From an uncultured delta proteobacterium (GTDB lineage Bacteria > Desulfobacterota > Desulfobacteria > Desulfobacterales > UBA2156), in NCBI GenBank assembly GCA_963736855.1, contig CAVTQK010000009.1:384001-448000 (forward strand): 64,000 nucleotides of DNA. The letters are read 5' to 3'. Made by a program: the position numbers and the translations under genes. Shown here piece after piece: positions 1 to 11,898 of the stretch (the stretch's first letter is position 1; the number at the start of each line of letters is the position of its first letter). The notes below the pieces were generated by a model. The model was given only the letters and a program-made list of their open reading frames with translations. It was not told where the DNA came from and searched no databases.

Positions 1-187
<187 letters not shown>

Positions 188-266
188 TTAATGCATAAAT
201 GCCGGTTGTCAATTGAATCGGGTTATCTTAAAAAACGGCATGCTGGAATTTTAATGTCAGCAGGGT

Positions 267-1925
267 TTACCCCAGAAATGGCCGCCGTAAGATGGTATCT
301 TTTTTCCATCGATGATCGTCCTGTAAGGGATAGGCGATGTTATAATGAAGTCCGCGGCTTTCCTTGCGATGCAAGGCACTGCGGATGATCAGTTCGGCCA
401 CCGTGGCGATATTTCTCAACTCAATGAGATCTGGATCCACCTTGAAATCCCAATAATATTCCTGGATTTCATTGACGATGAGTTCGATACGCCGCTTGGC
501 CCTGGCCAGCCGCTTATCGGACCTGACGATACCCACGTAATTCCACATGAGCCTTCGAATCTCGTCCCAGTTCTGGGACACCACGATCCTTTCGTCGCTG
601 TCGGAGGTTCCCATCGGATCCCAGGGCGGCAGGTCCGGGAAAGGTTCTCCGGGCAGCACCGCTTGATCCCGGACTGCCTGGCAGGATGCGTTGTGAGCAT
701 AAACGAGGGCCTCGAGCAGCGAGTTGCTGGCCAATCGATTCGCACCGTGGAGGCCCGTACAAGCAGTTTCGCCGATGGCATACAAACGGTGGATATCGGT
801 CTTCCCGTTCATGTCCGTAACGATCCCTCCGCACATGTAATGGGCAGCAGGCACCACCGGTATGGGCTGACGGGTCATATCGATCCCGAATTCAAGGCAC
901 TTTTGGTAAAGGTTGGGAAATCGCTCGCGGATGAAATCCGAGTTTTTATGAGAGATATCCAGAAAGACGCAATCCTGGCCGCTGGCTTTTAGCTCTGTGT
1001 CGATGGCCCGAGCCACAACATCCCGACAGGCTAAGTCCTTACTTGGATCGTAGTCTCCCATGAACGCCTTGCCCGATGCATCGACGATCACCCCGCCTTC
1101 CCCCCGAACCGCTTCCGAGATGAGAAAGTTTTTAGCCTGTGGATGAAAAAGGCATGTGGGATGAAATTGCACAAACTCGAGATTGGCTACCGTGGCACCG
1201 GCACGATAGCCCATGGCAATACCGTCCCCGGTGGCAATATCCGGATTGCTGGTATACAGATAGACCTTTCCCGCTCCTCCGGTTGCAAGGACCGTGACTT
1301 TGGCCGAAAATGTTTTTACATACGCTCTTTTTCGATCCATCACGTACGCGCCACAGCAGATTGCTTCATGAGTGGTGGTGATAAGCCCCCGCTTCATCCT
1401 TGTGGAAATGGTGATCAGATCGACGGCGATGTGGTTCTCGAATAATCGGATGTTGGGGTGGCTTTTCACTCGGTCGACAAGAACCCGCTCCACCTCCCGG
1501 CCGGTCATATCACGGGCATGAACGATCCGCTTTCGGGAATGTCCCCCTTCCTGTCCCAGATGAAAAGGAAACGGTGAACCCGAGAATTCGCTCTGTTCTT
1601 GACCTTTCTGCAGGCTGAATGAAACGCCCATCTCCATCAACTCGCGGATCCGTTCTGGACCTTCTTTCACCACCATCTCCACCACGTCCGGATGACACAA
1701 CCCGGCGCCTGCAGCCAGGGTGTCCTTAATATGCAGGTCAAAGGAATCCGTATCCCCAAGGACGGAGGCGATACCGCCCTGGGCCAGGTTGGTATTGCTT
1801 TCCACTGCCGCTTTCTTGGTCACCATGGCCACCCGGCCGTGATCTGCAACCTTTAAGGCAAAAGAAAGCCCGGCGATCCCGCTGCCGATGATCAGAAAGT
1901 CCGACTGAATCTCTTCTTCCATCAT
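267..1925 (-). CDS. nadB: L-aspartate oxidase
   Basis: GSGIAG FAD motif, AQGGIA, EGGHS, QFHPT, HYMCGG, GLHGANRLASNSLLE, ESRGLHY. Confidence 0.95.
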   Translation of the reverse strand: MMEEEIQSDFLIIGSGIAGLSFALKVADHGRVAMVTKKAAVESNTNLAQGGIASVLGDTDSFDLHIKDTLAAGAGLCHPDVVEMVVKEGPERIRELMEMGVSFSLQKGQEQSEFSGSPFPFHLGQEGGHSRKRIVHARDMTGREVERVLVDRVKSHPNIRLFENHIAVDLITISTRMKRGLITTTHEAICCGAYVMDRKRAYVKTFSAKVTVLATGGAGKVYLYTSNPDIATGDGIAMGYRAGATVANLEFVQFHPTCLFHPQAKNFLISEAVRGEGGVIVDASGKAFMGDYDPSKDLACRDVVARAIDTELKASGQDCVFLDISHKNSDFIRERFPNLYQKCLEFGIDMTRQPIPVVPAAHYMCGGIVTDMNGKTDIHRLYAIGETACTGLHGANRLASNSLLEALVYAHNASCQAVRDQAVLPGEPFPDLPPWDPMGTSDSDERIVVSQNWDEIRRLMWNYVGIVRSDKRLARAKRRIELIVNEIQEYYWDFKVDPDLIELRNIATVAELIIRSALHRKESRGLHYNIAYPLQDDHRWKKDTILRRPFLG

Positions 1926-1942
1926 TTTTCAAGCCTGTTTCA

Positions 1943-2597
1943 TCACAAAAAAGAAGACCGTTTCCGCTGGCGCTTCGAACTGAAGCCGATGAGAAATCCC
2001 ACGACCAGCACGCCTGCGCCGCTCAGAAACCACCAAATATTTTGACGCAATTGCAGCCTTGTCAGATCTTTATCGTAATTCTCGGCCCGTTGAGTTATCT
2101 CTTTTAGTGCAGCCGCAGATTTTTCGTATTTGCCTTTCAGATCCAAATAATTCGAAGACCCCGTCTTCAGGGCTTCATGCTCCGATTTGAGTGCGGCCAG
2201 CTCGGCCCGGGTTTCTTCGAGCTCTTTTGTAAATTGCTTGACTTCCCCTGAAAGTCGAGTGTTTGTCGATGAAAGGTCGGCAAGTTTTTCCTTTTGACTT
2301 GTATTTTCCCGCCTGAGAGCCTCCACCAACAAGATGCTTGGAGGGTCAGTAGTCAGATGACGGGTCGACATCCACCCTTCTTTGCCATCCAATACTTGAA
2401 CTCTATTCCAATCTTCACGTTTTTCCAGCGATTCCACTTTCTGGCCGGCATTGACCATGTCGATAATCCGATAATCCATCCCCGGTCCGGATCTTAACGG
2501 CATTCGTGACAGAATCGCTGACAAACAACGTTTCGCCCCATGCATTCCAAGCGATCAACATCAAAGATGCAAAGAAAACCAAAAGCCGTCTCATCAC
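1943..2597 (-). CDS. SH3-domain membrane-anchored protein (TIGR04211-like), split by a +1 frameshift near 2507
   Basis: Signal peptide plus ETLFVSDSV (ORF 2415..2597) joins RMPLRSGPG...GWMS, a coiled coil and a C-terminal TM segment (ORF 1943..2545) if one base at about 2507 is removed. Confidence 0.75.
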
Positions 2598-2815
2598 CCC
2601 TATACTCCTTTTGGATCCATTTTTTCTCTATGGGTTTGAATGTTTTACCTTTTATCGTTGACGCACCTTTCATTTAGCATTATATATAGAATTTGGTCAA
2701 CCCCGCCTTCTTAAAAAAGGCGGGATATGAAGGGAACCCGATCGGTCCCGGCGCAATTTCCGGGAGAAATTTATTCATTTCAGCCCTATAAATCGATAAG
2801 ACACGCTGAAACGCC

Positions 2816-3235
2816 ATGATTATTTTCGATTTGAAATGTTCCAACGGGCATGTCTTCGAGGGATGGTTCGAAGATGCGAAAGCCTTTGAAAAACAGTGCC
2901 GCGAAAACCTTGTTACATGCCCGGTTTGTGAGGATACCGATATATCAAAAATTTTTTCTCCGTTTGCAATTAAATCGTCTCCCGGTTTCCAAGATTCCAC
3001 CCCCCCGTTAAAAGAAATGGAGCAGATGGGGGAAAAAATCGCTGAATTCGTGGAAAAGCACTTCGATAACGTGGGGTGTAATTTTGCAAGTGAAGCCCTG
3101 AAGATTCACTACGGGGTCATCGAACCGAGAAACATCCGCGGCGTCAGTACGGAGCAGGAAGAAAAGACGCTCAAAGAAGAAGGCATCGAATTTTTCAAAA
3201 TCCCCGCGCTTCCCTCGGAAAAAACCGACGCCTAG
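2816..3235 (+). CDS. DUF1178 family protein
   Basis: MIIFDLKCSNGHVFEGWF...CPVC...FDNVG..FA.EALKIHYG..EPRNIRG pattern. Confidence 0.85.
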   Translation: MIIFDLKCSNGHVFEGWFEDAKAFEKQCRENLVTCPVCEDTDISKIFSPFAIKSSPGFQDSTPPLKEMEQMGEKIAEFVEKHFDNVGCNFASEALKIHYGVIEPRNIRGVSTEQEEKTLKEEGIEFFKIPALPSEKTDA

Positions 3236-3238
3236 CCA

Positions 3239-3393
3239 TGATGGCTTCGTAAAAAGTCCATCTGCTGCGTTGCACTGCATCCTTCGTCATTGCGGTGTAC
3301 CCACATGTACGCCTCATTCCTCAGGATTTGCGCGCCTTGCATCTGAAGCTTTTTTCTTTGCCATCCCAATTTTGAGTTTTTACAATTTCATAA
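3239..3393. repeat. 155-bp MITE/REP-like intergenic element, copy 1
   Basis: About 95% identical (8 mismatches by manual alignment) to the reverse complement of 12762..12916; imperfect terminal inverted repeats TGATGGCTTCGTAAAAAGTC ... GAGTTTTTACAATTTCATAA. Confidence 0.9.
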
Positions 3394-3955
3394 ACCGTGA
3401 CGGCTTTTAAATAGAATCCATTGTGCGGCGCCGTACAGATCCGGTGCCACATAGTCGGACATTGACCCTTTTTCCACAAGCCGCTTTTCGGTTTCGCAAC
3501 CGCTTTCCTGTTCGAACCAAAACAGTATATCTGCAGCCTGCAGCCCTTGCGCAGAGGATATCCTTCTCGCTGTCCCCTACCATAAAAGCCGTCGACAGAT
3601 CGATTTCATACCGCTCTTGTGCCGTAATGATGAGGCCGGGTTTCGGCTTTCGGCAGGTGCAGCCGTCCTCTGGGAGGTGGGGACAGTAAAAAACATCCCG
3701 AATTTTTCCACCGCGACTCTGAACGGCAGCAAGCATCTTTCGGTGAAGTATTTCCAGGTCCGGTGCCGTCATCAACTTCCGGTTGACGACTGACTGGTTG
3801 GTGATCACAAAAAGTTCCAATCCACCGGCATAAAGATCGGCGATGGCCTCCAGACTTTTCGGGATAAAGAAAAATTCCTCCCAGCTTTTTACATAGTTCG
3901 GGGAGTCCTCGTTGATGACGCCATCGCGATCCATGAAAACAACTTTTTTCAGCAT
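3388..3955 (-). CDS. gmhB: D-glycero-D-manno-heptose 1,7-bisphosphate phosphatase, +1 frameshift near 3505
   Basis: DRDGVIN HAD motif, TNQS, CPH...CTCRKPKPG, VGD; the typical C-terminus (SDYVAPDLYGAAQWIL) lies in the shifted frame, ending at TGA 3388-3390. Confidence 0.85.
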
Positions 3956-3970
3956 GCCGTCCCTTGGCTG

Positions 3971-4726
3971 CTATTCGGCCACTACAAAAGCCTGGGTAAA
4001 CCCGTTTTCAATGAGATAGGCTTCATACTGGGTGGCCTCTTCCAGATTATTGGTGCGGCCTAAACGAATCCTGTAAAAGGTAGAACGGCCGTCAAAATAT
4101 TCCGAGATATGAACGTTTTTATACGTCTTGGAGAGCGACTGTGCCAGATGCTCGGCATTGGACCGGTCTGAAAAGGCCCCCACCTGGATCGTAAAATTAC
4201 CAGAAAAGTAATTGGGTGCGACATAAGACCCCGTTTGAGGGGGCGCGCCAACCCCAGATTCCGGTTTACCTAGGGCCACGATCTCCACGGGTCCGGTTCC
4301 CGAATTAAAGATTCCGATCTCCTTTGCCGCCCGGGCGGAAAGATCGATGACTCTGTCCCGGACAAAGGGTCCCCGATCGTTGATCCGCACCTTAATTTCC
4401 CGCCCGTTTTCCAGGTGTTTTACACCTACCATGGTGCCCAGAGGAAGGGTTTTATGGGCAGCAGTCAGTGCATTCATATCGTAGGTCTCGCCGTTTGACG
4501 TGCGTTTTCCGTGAAAATCGTCGCCGTACCAGGATGCGGTTCCGTGCTGCCGAAATCCCCTGGCATCGGGAATCGGCTGGTACCATTTCCCCATGACCCT
4601 ATAGGGTCTAGGGTATCCAGGTGGCGCCTGAGGGGGGGGAGCGGTACCGCAGGCGTGGAGAAAGACCGCCAGATATCCGGCAGCCGTCAGAATAAAAAAT
4701 CCGGTAAGGAAACGACGCTTTCTCAA
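3971..4726 (-). CDS. rlpA: Septal ring lytic transglycosylase RlpA family lipoprotein with SPOR domain
   Basis: Lipobox LHAC, ASWYG..FHG..TSNGE, TAAHKTLP, RINDRGPF, C-terminal IQVGAF SPOR; start codon uncertain. Confidence 0.9.
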   Translation of the reverse strand: MRKRRFLTGFFILTAAGYLAVFLHACGTAPPPQAPPGYPRPYRVMGKWYQPIPDARGFRQHGTASWYGDDFHGKRTSNGETYDMNALTAAHKTLPLGTMVGVKHLENGREIKVRINDRGPFVRDRVIDLSARAAKEIGIFNSGTGPVEIVALGKPESGVGAPPQTGSYVAPNYFSGNFTIQVGAFSDRSNAEHLAQSLSKTYKNVHISEYFDGRSTFYRIRLGRTNNLEEATQYEAYLIENGFTQAFVVAE

Positions 4727-4740
4727 GTTAATCCCATAGA

Positions 4741-7086
4741 CTACTTTTGGAGGGCCAGTTTGAGAACGTCCATCATCCTGTCGACAAATTGGAACTGGAT
4801 CTGACGTTGGACCTTTTTCGGAATGTCTTCCAAGTCCTTTTTATTCTGCCTGGGTAGGATCACCGTCTGAATTCCCATACGATGCGCAGCTAAAACTTTT
4901 TCCTTTATCCCGCCCACCGGCAATACTTGGCCTCTGAGGGTAATCTCCCCGGTCATGGCCAGGTCGTTTTTAACCATTTTCCCGGTTAAAAGGGATGCCA
5001 GGGAGGTGAGCATGGTGACGCCGGCAGAGGGTCCGTCTTTGGGAATGGCACCGGCCGGCAGATGAATATGCACATCCATATTCGCATAGAAATCTTCAGC
5101 GATGCCCAGTTCTACGGCATGGGAACGGATGAAACTCAAGGCGGTAGTGGCCGATTCCTTCATGATATCACCCAGTTGTCCGGTGAGGGTCAGGCCGCCT
5201 TTTCCTTTCATGACGGTTGCCTCCACGAACAGAATCTCCCCGCCGGCCTGGGTCCAGGCCAACCCTGTGGCGACTCCCGGTGCCTGGGTACGAGTGGTCT
5301 CCTCTGTCGTGAATCTCACATGTCCCAGGTACCGAGAAACATCTTTGACCCGAATGGAGATCGCTTCGGATTCTCCTTCGGCGATCCGGCTGGCCACACC
5401 CCGGCAGATGGATGCGATTTCGCGCTCAAGATTCCTCAAGCCCGCTTCCCGCGTATAGCCGTTAATGATGCGGCGAATGACCCCCCTGGAAAATTCGATC
5501 TGTTTCTCTGAAAGGCCATGGGCTTCACGCTGCCGGGGGATCAGGAACTTCTTGGCAATCTTGATCTTTTCGTCATCCGTGTAACCCATGAGCCTGATCA
5601 CTTCCATCCGATCAAGCAAGGGTGGAGGAATGGTGTCCAGGATATTGGCCGTGGTGATAAACATGACCTTGGACAGGTCAAAGGGGACATCGAGATAATG
5701 ATCCGAAAAGGAGAAGTTCTGCTCCGGATCCAAAACTTCCAGCAATGCCGAAGACGGGTCTCCCCTGAAGTCGCTTCCCAGTTTGTCGATCTCATCGAGC
5801 ATGAAAACCGGGTTATTCGACTCGCACCGGCGGATCCCCTGGATAATGCGGCCGGGAAGAGCCCCGACATAGGTCCGGCGATGCCCCCGGATCTCCGCCT
5901 CGTCCCGAACCCCACCTAACGAAATCCGATGGAATTTTCTTCCCATCGCCCGGGCGATGGATCGACCCAAGGAGGTCTTCCCGGTTCCAGGGGGACCGAC
6001 GAAACAGAGTATGGGTCCCTTGGAGTCCGGTTTGAGCTTTCGAACCGCCAGGTATTCGATGATGCGTTTTTTGGCCTTATCCAGGCCGAAATGGTCTTCG
6101 TCCAGAATTCTTCTTGCCTTTTTAATGTCCAGGACATCCTCGGTGCTCTCGTGCCAGGGCAGAGAAACCAGCCAGTCGAGATAGGTGGAGGCCACTGTAT
6201 ATTCCGACGAAGACGGATGCATGCGGGATAGACGATTCAGTTCGCGATCGGCTTCTTTCCGGACTTCTTCCGGGAGATTTTTTTTCTCAATCTTGGCCCG
6301 ATACTCTCCCACTTCGAACTGGGTTTCGTCCTTTTCTCCCAATTCTTCCTGAATGGCCTTCAACTGCTGGCGCAGATAGTAATCCCGCTGCTGTTTGTCC
6401 ATTCCCTCCTTGACCTGGCTTTGGATCTTATTTCCAAGCTCCAGGATCTCCTTTTGACGGTTGGCCTGCCGCAGAAGTTCCTTAAGCCGTTGCTTTAATT
6501 CTAGGGTCTCCAGGATCCTCTGCTTTTCTTCGAGAGTTGAGTTGATGGTGGAGGTTACCATGTCCGCCAGAGTACCGGGCTCCTGGATGGACTTGGCCAT
6601 TTGTATCATTTCCGACGGCAGACCCGGTGAAAGTTCCACGATTCGGATGAAAAGACCAACGAGGTTAGCCATCATGGCCTCGATCTCCGTGTCCTTTTTA
6701 TCTGCTTCCTGGATGTACTCGACGCGGGCCTGGAGGTAAGGTTTTCCATCAACAAATTCTTTGACCCGAAACCGCTTCATCCCCTGAACCAGAAGCTGGG
6801 CATGGTTCTCATCGGGTTTGGCCATCTTGAGAATCATGGCGCTGGTTCCCATCTGAAATAAGTCTTCCGGACCGTACTTGTCCTTGGAAGCTTGCTTGGA
6901 CACCAAGAGTCCGAAAATGCGATCCCCTGTCATGGCCTCGTCGACGAGCCGGATGGAATCCTCCTGTATGACCATCAAGGGAAGAACCATCTTCGGGAAA
7001 AGGACTGCATCAAAAAGAGGAAGAATGGGAAGGAGTTCGGGTAGCTTGTCGATATTCACATTAATGGGTGACTGCTGTTCGGTCAT
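4741..7086 (-). CDS. lon: ATP-dependent protease La
   Basis: Walker [25 protein letters not shown], catalytic PKDGPSAG and GGIKEK. Confidence 0.97.
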   Translation of the reverse strand: MTEQQSPINVNIDKLPELLPILPLFDAVLFPKMVLPLMVIQEDSIRLVDEAMTGDRIFGLLVSKQASKDKYGPEDLFQMGTSAMILKMAKPDENHAQLLVQGMKRFRVKEFVDGKPYLQARVEYIQEADKKDTEIEAMMANLVGLFIRIVELSPGLPSEMIQMAKSIQEPGTLADMVTSTINSTLEEKQRILETLELKQRLKELLRQANRQKEILELGNKIQSQVKEGMDKQQRDYYLRQQLKAIQEELGEKDETQFEVGEYRAKIEKKNLPEEVRKEADRELNRLSRMHPSSSEYTVASTYLDWLVSLPWHESTEDVLDIKKARRILDEDHFGLDKAKKRIIEYLAVRKLKPDSKGPILCFVGPPGTGKTSLGRSIARAMGRKFHRISLGGVRDEAEIRGHRRTYVGALPGRIIQGIRRCESNNPVFMLDEIDKLGSDFRGDPSSALLEVLDPEQNFSFSDHYLDVPFDLSKVMFITTANILDTIPPPLLDRMEVIRLMGYTDDEKIKIAKKFLIPRQREAHGLSEKQIEFSRGVIRRIINGYTREAGLRNLEREIASICRGVASRIAEGESEAISIRVKDVSRYLGHVRFTTEETTRTQAPGVATGLAWTQAGGEILFVEATVMKGKGGLTLTGQLGDIMKESATTALSFIRSHAVELGIAEDFYANMDVHIHLPAGAIPKDGPSAGVTMLTSLASLLTGKMVKNDLAMTGEITLRGQVLPVGGIKEKVLAAHRMGIQTVILPRQNKKDLEDIPKKVQRQIQFQFVDRMMDVLKLALQK

Positions 7087-7301
7087 GGTTACCTCCGACC
7101 TTCAATATCACTTGAGTTCGCTTCAATCACATCTTCGGCCAACAAATCTGTTTGAGGCAGAATCGATATCATTATAAGTATTTCCAAATTGAGAGGTTAC
7201 TCTGAAAAGAATGCCGCGCTAAAAATCGAATCGTTCGATAAACCGCTTTGATGGGAGCGCCAGCGTGAAATGACAGATACCATGAGCACCCAAGGGTCAT
7301 G

Positions 7302-7754
7302 CTATCCTTCTGAGATAGGGATCTTTATGACAATATCCCGTGGAACTTTGGCCAGATGAATCCGAAGCAACCCATTGGAAAAGGAAGCGCTCACCGTTTC
7401 GGTATCAATAGGTGTAGGAAGAAATAAAACGCGCTCAAACCGGCCGTACTGGATCTCTGCCAGACGGTAGGTGCTATTTTCAACCTTGGACAGATATGAT
7501 CGGTTGCCGTGGATCCTCACCGCCTTACTGTTGATTTCCACTTCCAGCTGATCCTTTTCCACCCCTGCCAATTCGGCAAGAATAATGATTTCCTCCGGTG
7601 TTTCGTAAATATCCATCTGGGGCAGCCAGCTTCGTTCCGAAGTGGTGAACATGGGGCTGACCGGCCGGGGTCGGAAGATATTTTGGAACGCTTTCTCAAA
7701 ACCGACACTCAACCGCTCGAGGTCGTCTCCAAAGCGAATTTTGATGTAATCCAT
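7302..7754 (-). CDS. Hsp20/alpha-crystallin family protein
   Basis: PQMDIYET, AELAGV, EIQYGRFERVLFLP, ASFSNGLLRI; directly upstream of lon. Confidence 0.9.
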   Translation of the reverse strand: MDYIKIRFGDDLERLSVGFEKAFQNIFRPRPVSPMFTTSERSWLPQMDIYETPEEIIILAELAGVEKDQLEVEINSKAVRIHGNRSYLSKVENSTYRLAEIQYGRFERVLFLPTPIDTETVSASFSNGLLRIHLAKVPRDIVIKIPISEG

Positions 7755-8179
7755 TTCATTCTCCTTGTCGCCGTCGGATTCGTGTAAATTCCCCGCCGGC
7801 TGAAACCGGTATCTTTAAGAGCCGGGGGATTCAAGAACTCAAGGATTCCTTTTTATTACCCATATTTCCTTGGATCTTGAACCCCTTTAGGACAAAAAAC
7901 GATCAGAAAGCATCGTATTAGAGCCATTAAAGCAGATTTATTTCTCCCAATCTCCAAAAAGGACACCGAATAAATGGAACGAATAAACCTCAATAAAATA
8001 GCATCCCTTGTAGGATTTGTAAAGGGCAACACGCTTATGACTTTGCTCTGGAAGGAGTGCGCTTGGCCCTGGGTAAGATTCCGAACGACGGGCGTGATAT
8101 CGGCTTCCGGACTGATTATCCATTATGAACCGGAGTGTTCCTCCTTGCTTTTGGAAGTCGAATACTCTATTCCCAAGCT

Positions 8180-9340
8180 ATGCATCCGACCGTCTCCGGT
8201 TCCGGGCGCCTGATGCTCGGTTTCCAGTATTTCCTGCACTTCAGCGTTATGGGAATCGTCCTTCCTTATTTCAACCTATATTGCTTTCACATCGGCTTGA
8301 CCGGGTTTGAAATCGGAGCGTTATCCGCCCTGCGTTCGGCGACCTTGGTTCTCTTCTCTCTGGTGTGGAGTACCCTGGCCGATCGGTACTCGGCAAGAAA
8401 ACCCATATACATCCTCTGCATTTTTACCAGCACCGGAATTTGGTCCCTTTACCTTTTCACAGTCGACTTCTGGATGATCCTGGCCATCACGCTGATTTAC
8501 GGCATCTTCTATTCCTCGATCATCTCATTTTTGGAAGCTTTTACAATGGATGCCCTGGGTGTCGAAAAGACGCGCTATGGATCTATCCGAGCCTGGGGCT
8601 CTGTTTCCTTTATCGCAGTGGTCATTTTAATCGGGAAGATCATCGACCTTTACCGTATCGACATCATCCTCGTTCTAGTTCTTTTAGGCACCTCCTTACA
8701 AAGTATGGCCTCTTTCAAGATACCGGAAGTCAAACGATCCCGAAAACATCAGCCTTTCCTTTTCCCCATCACCCTTTTTCGGAAAGAGGTCATCGTATTT
8801 TTAGGCTGCGCATTCTTAATGCTGGCCAGCCACGGCGCCTATTACGCTTTTTTTTCCATTCATCTTGAAAGCCTCGGTTATACCAAGACCTTCATCGGAT
8901 TCGCCTGGGCCTTGGCTTCGCTGACCGAGATCGGGGTCATGATCCGTTCTAAAGCCATATTTGAAAACTACTCCCTGCATACCGTCTTGGTTTTTTCCTT
9001 CCTGGTGGCGGCCCTGCGGTGGGGATGCCTCATCTTTTTCCGGTCGGCCTTCACGATCCTGCTTTCCCAATGTCTTCATTCAATCACCTACGGTGCGTTT
9101 CATATGACCAGCATTCTTTACATGGACACCCTGGCCCCCGACGAGGCCAAGACCGTGGGTCAAGCCGCCAACAACGCCGTGACGTACGGACTTGGCCTGA
9201 TGGCCGGTTTTTTCGTGGCGGGCGCCTTGTATGAACCCATCGGCGCTAAAGGCCTTTTTGCCATCAGTGGGATCATCGCTCTTTCAGCGGGGGCTATTTT
9301 TCAGACCATGGGAAAACGAATTAAAGTTTTTCCACCTTGA
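8180..9340 (+). CDS. MFS transporter (MFS_1-like, HcaT/nucleoside permease type)
   Basis: About 12 hydrophobic segments, YGSIRAWGS motif; start uncertain (8135, 8180 or 8213). Confidence 0.8.
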   Translation: MHPTVSGSGRLMLGFQYFLHFSVMGIVLPYFNLYCFHIGLTGFEIGALSALRSATLVLFSLVWSTLADRYSARKPIYILCIFTSTGIWSLYLFTVDFWMILAITLIYGIFYSSIISFLEAFTMDALGVEKTRYGSIRAWGSVSFIAVVILIGKIIDLYRIDIILVLVLLGTSLQSMASFKIPEVKRSRKHQPFLFPITLFRKEVIVFLGCAFLMLASHGAYYAFFSIHLESLGYTKTFIGFAWALASLTEIGVMIRSKAIFENYSLHTVLVFSFLVAALRWGCLIFFRSAFTILLSQCLHSITYGAFHMTSILYMDTLAPDEAKTVGQAANNAVTYGLGLMAGFFVAGALYEPIGAKGLFAISGIIALSAGAIFQTMGKRIKVFPP

Positions 9341-9418
9341 CTTGACATGGCTGTCGGCATTAATATTCAATTATAGTCGGAAACCAAAATCCCTAATTCC
9401 AACTGAAAGGAGGAAAAG

Positions 9419-9634
9419 ATGGGTGACAGTGTTTACAAGGTAATAGAGCTGGTGGGAACCAGCACGGTGTCATGGGAAGACGCGGCAAAAAATGCCATTG
9501 AACGCGCGTCCAAAACCTTGAGAGATCTAAGGATCGCAGAAGTTTCCAAGCTCGATATGAAGGTGGAAAACGGTAAGGTGGTCGCCTATCGGACCCGGGT
9601 ATCGCTCTCGTTCAAATACGAAGGCGGAGAATAA
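9419..9634 (+). CDS. Dodecin family flavin-binding protein
   Basis: VYKVIELVGTS..SWEDAAKNAIERASKTLRDLR...YR...LSFK; RBS AGGAGG. Confidence 0.92.
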   Translation: MGDSVYKVIELVGTSTVSWEDAAKNAIERASKTLRDLRIAEVSKLDMKVENGKVVAYRTRVSLSFKYEGGE

Positions 9635-9731
9635 AGCGAATCCCCAATGAACCGGTGATTTGGAAGCTGCCGGGCAACGGGGAATCCTCTGATGAGCGCC
9701 GGTTCAATACAATTTTTTTAGATTATACCCC

Positions 9732-9768
9732 AAAGGCTCTCCGGTACGCATACCGGTGAGCCTTTTTT
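9732..9768 (+). terminator. Rho-independent terminator after dodecin
   Basis: AAAGGCTC-TCCGGTA-cgca-TACCGGT-GAGCC followed by a T tract. Confidence 0.75.
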
Positions 9769-9884
9769 ATTCCTTATTCCAATATCCTTTCCCTTTTGCT
9801 TTGACAATACCACCGAAATTGCATATCCATTACATGACGAATATCCAGTCCGGCACCAAAAATAATTTGTCGGGGGGAAAGACC

Positions 9885-11898
9885 ATGAATCCAAAAGCCT
9901 TTCGAAACGCTAAGTTCCTTTATATGGTTTTGATCGCCTGCATTTCCTTTTCAATACTTGGAAACCATCTCCTTGCTGCTCAACTTCCAGGCTCCCTCCC
10001 GGATATCGTGGTTAAAATAAGCCGTCTCGACAGAAGCCTGGAAGTGATCGATTCCCTTACGGCTGCCGGCGGCGGTGAGCCCGAAACTTCTCCGAGCGCC
10101 ATGGTAAAGGGTTTACTCCATGGAACCGACTGGATCGACTTTTCCCGTCCCATCGTGATCGGAATCGAAATCAAGGACCCGAAACCGGATGCAACCCTTT
10201 TGATTCCTTTCAGCAAACCCAACCCCGAATTCCTGGCCGGCTTTCAAGGTATTGCCGGGCCCGATTATTATCTTCTTGCACTTCCGCCTGGAGGAAAAAA
10301 ACCATCGGAAGCCCTGGGATCGGTCCTGGCGGCCGCCGCCCGGTCCAAACTCGGAGCGTCGGCGAGTGCCGAAATCGCCATGGATAACCTATTGAAAAAA
10401 GTCGACCCCAAGATTCAGCAGGCCTTGTCCTCCTTGAAGTCCCTCCCTCCGGAACAGATTCCTGAAAACATGCCCCTTTCACCGGACCAGCTACGGGCGA
10501 TGATCGAAAAAAGTATCGACACCGCCAGGCAAATCAAGACGCTGGATATCCGCCTCGATCTTTCATCCGACACGGTTGCCTATGAACTATCGCTTATCAC
10601 CAAGGCAGGCACCGAAATGGCCGAGCTATTCACCAAAGGGAAGGAAACCGGCCGGCTGGAAGGGTATCGCCCTCGGCTTCAGATGAACTTCAAATCCCGC
10701 TCTTTTCAGGCGGAAAAAATGCTTGCCCTCATCGGGAATACCTTCGGAAAGTTTTATCAGAGCATGGGAATCGATTTTGCCAAGAGTCGTTGAGCTTTGC
10801 ACCCATTTCACCGGCGAGATGGCGGGAGGAATGTCTATCGGTGAAAAGCAAATCACCCTCGAAATGATCTACGTCCTTAAGGGAGAAAAACAAAGGGACG
10901 ATTTTATCGAAAAGATCTATCTGCCCTGGCTGACCGATTTTGGTAAGGTCATGCAAGATGCCATGGAAAAACAACTCAACACTCCCGTGGAACCCATTTT
11001 TTCCCGGATGCCGGATTCCACGGTGGCCGGCCGTCCGGTCTATGGCATCCAATTTCGGGTACCCATACCTCCCGGCGCTCAAACAACACCCGATCCGCTT
11101 CTCTTCAAAGTACTTAGTAACTATGCATTTCGGATGACCATGGTCGACGACCTCCTGCTCGCCGCATCCACCGATGAGCAGCTGGGACGGCTGATTCAGG
11201 TTGCGGGCAAGTTACGACCTTCGCCGGAAAAGGGCCCTCTAATGACCGTTGACTACGATTTGGCCGCCTATGTCGAATCCCTCAGGAAAATACTCCCGGG
11301 ATTTCCCGGCACAAACCAACCCCTTCCCCGGCTGGGAAAAATGGTAATGATACTCGACGCAGACAAGGGTCGGGCCTCCCTGAAGTCCACGGTAAAAACA
11401 AAAGACATTCAAACTCTGGCCGGCTATTTAAGGGGCGTTCCTCCTTCCGGTATCCATGCAAGCAAGAAACAGGGCACCGGTCCGGAACCTGCAAAAGCCA
11501 AAACATCTGCCTCAGACCAGAAGGCGGGGCAGACCCCAAAAACCGAGGCCTCCGGTTGGTTGAAAAAGGGGACCCTCGCTGTCGTTTCAGGGGACAATCC
11601 TTCGGCCGTAGCGCACTTCAATAAAGCTATTGAACTCGAACCGGAAAACGGCGATGCCCATTTTCAACTCGGAGTGACTCTCGGTGAGATGGGTGAATAT
11701 TCTAACGCCATCGAAACCCTGAATCGCGCCATTTCCCTGAATCCGAAAAAAGGGGCTTATGCTTATGCCCGGGGTCGTGTATATTTGCTGTCCGGAGAAA
11801 AAGAAAAGGCCATGATCGATTTAAAACGAGCGGCTGAACTGGGAGATTTGGACGCACGGCACTATCTGGAAAAGGTTGTGACGTATCCTGGAAATTAG
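9885..11898 (+). CDS. Exported hypothetical protein with C-terminal TPR repeats, +1 frameshift near 10785
   Basis: ORFs 9756..10793 and 10723..11898 join (DFAK|VVELC) if one base is removed; N-terminal signal-like segment; TPR motifs (FNKAIELEPENGDAHFQLG, LNRAISLNP). Confidence 0.65.
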
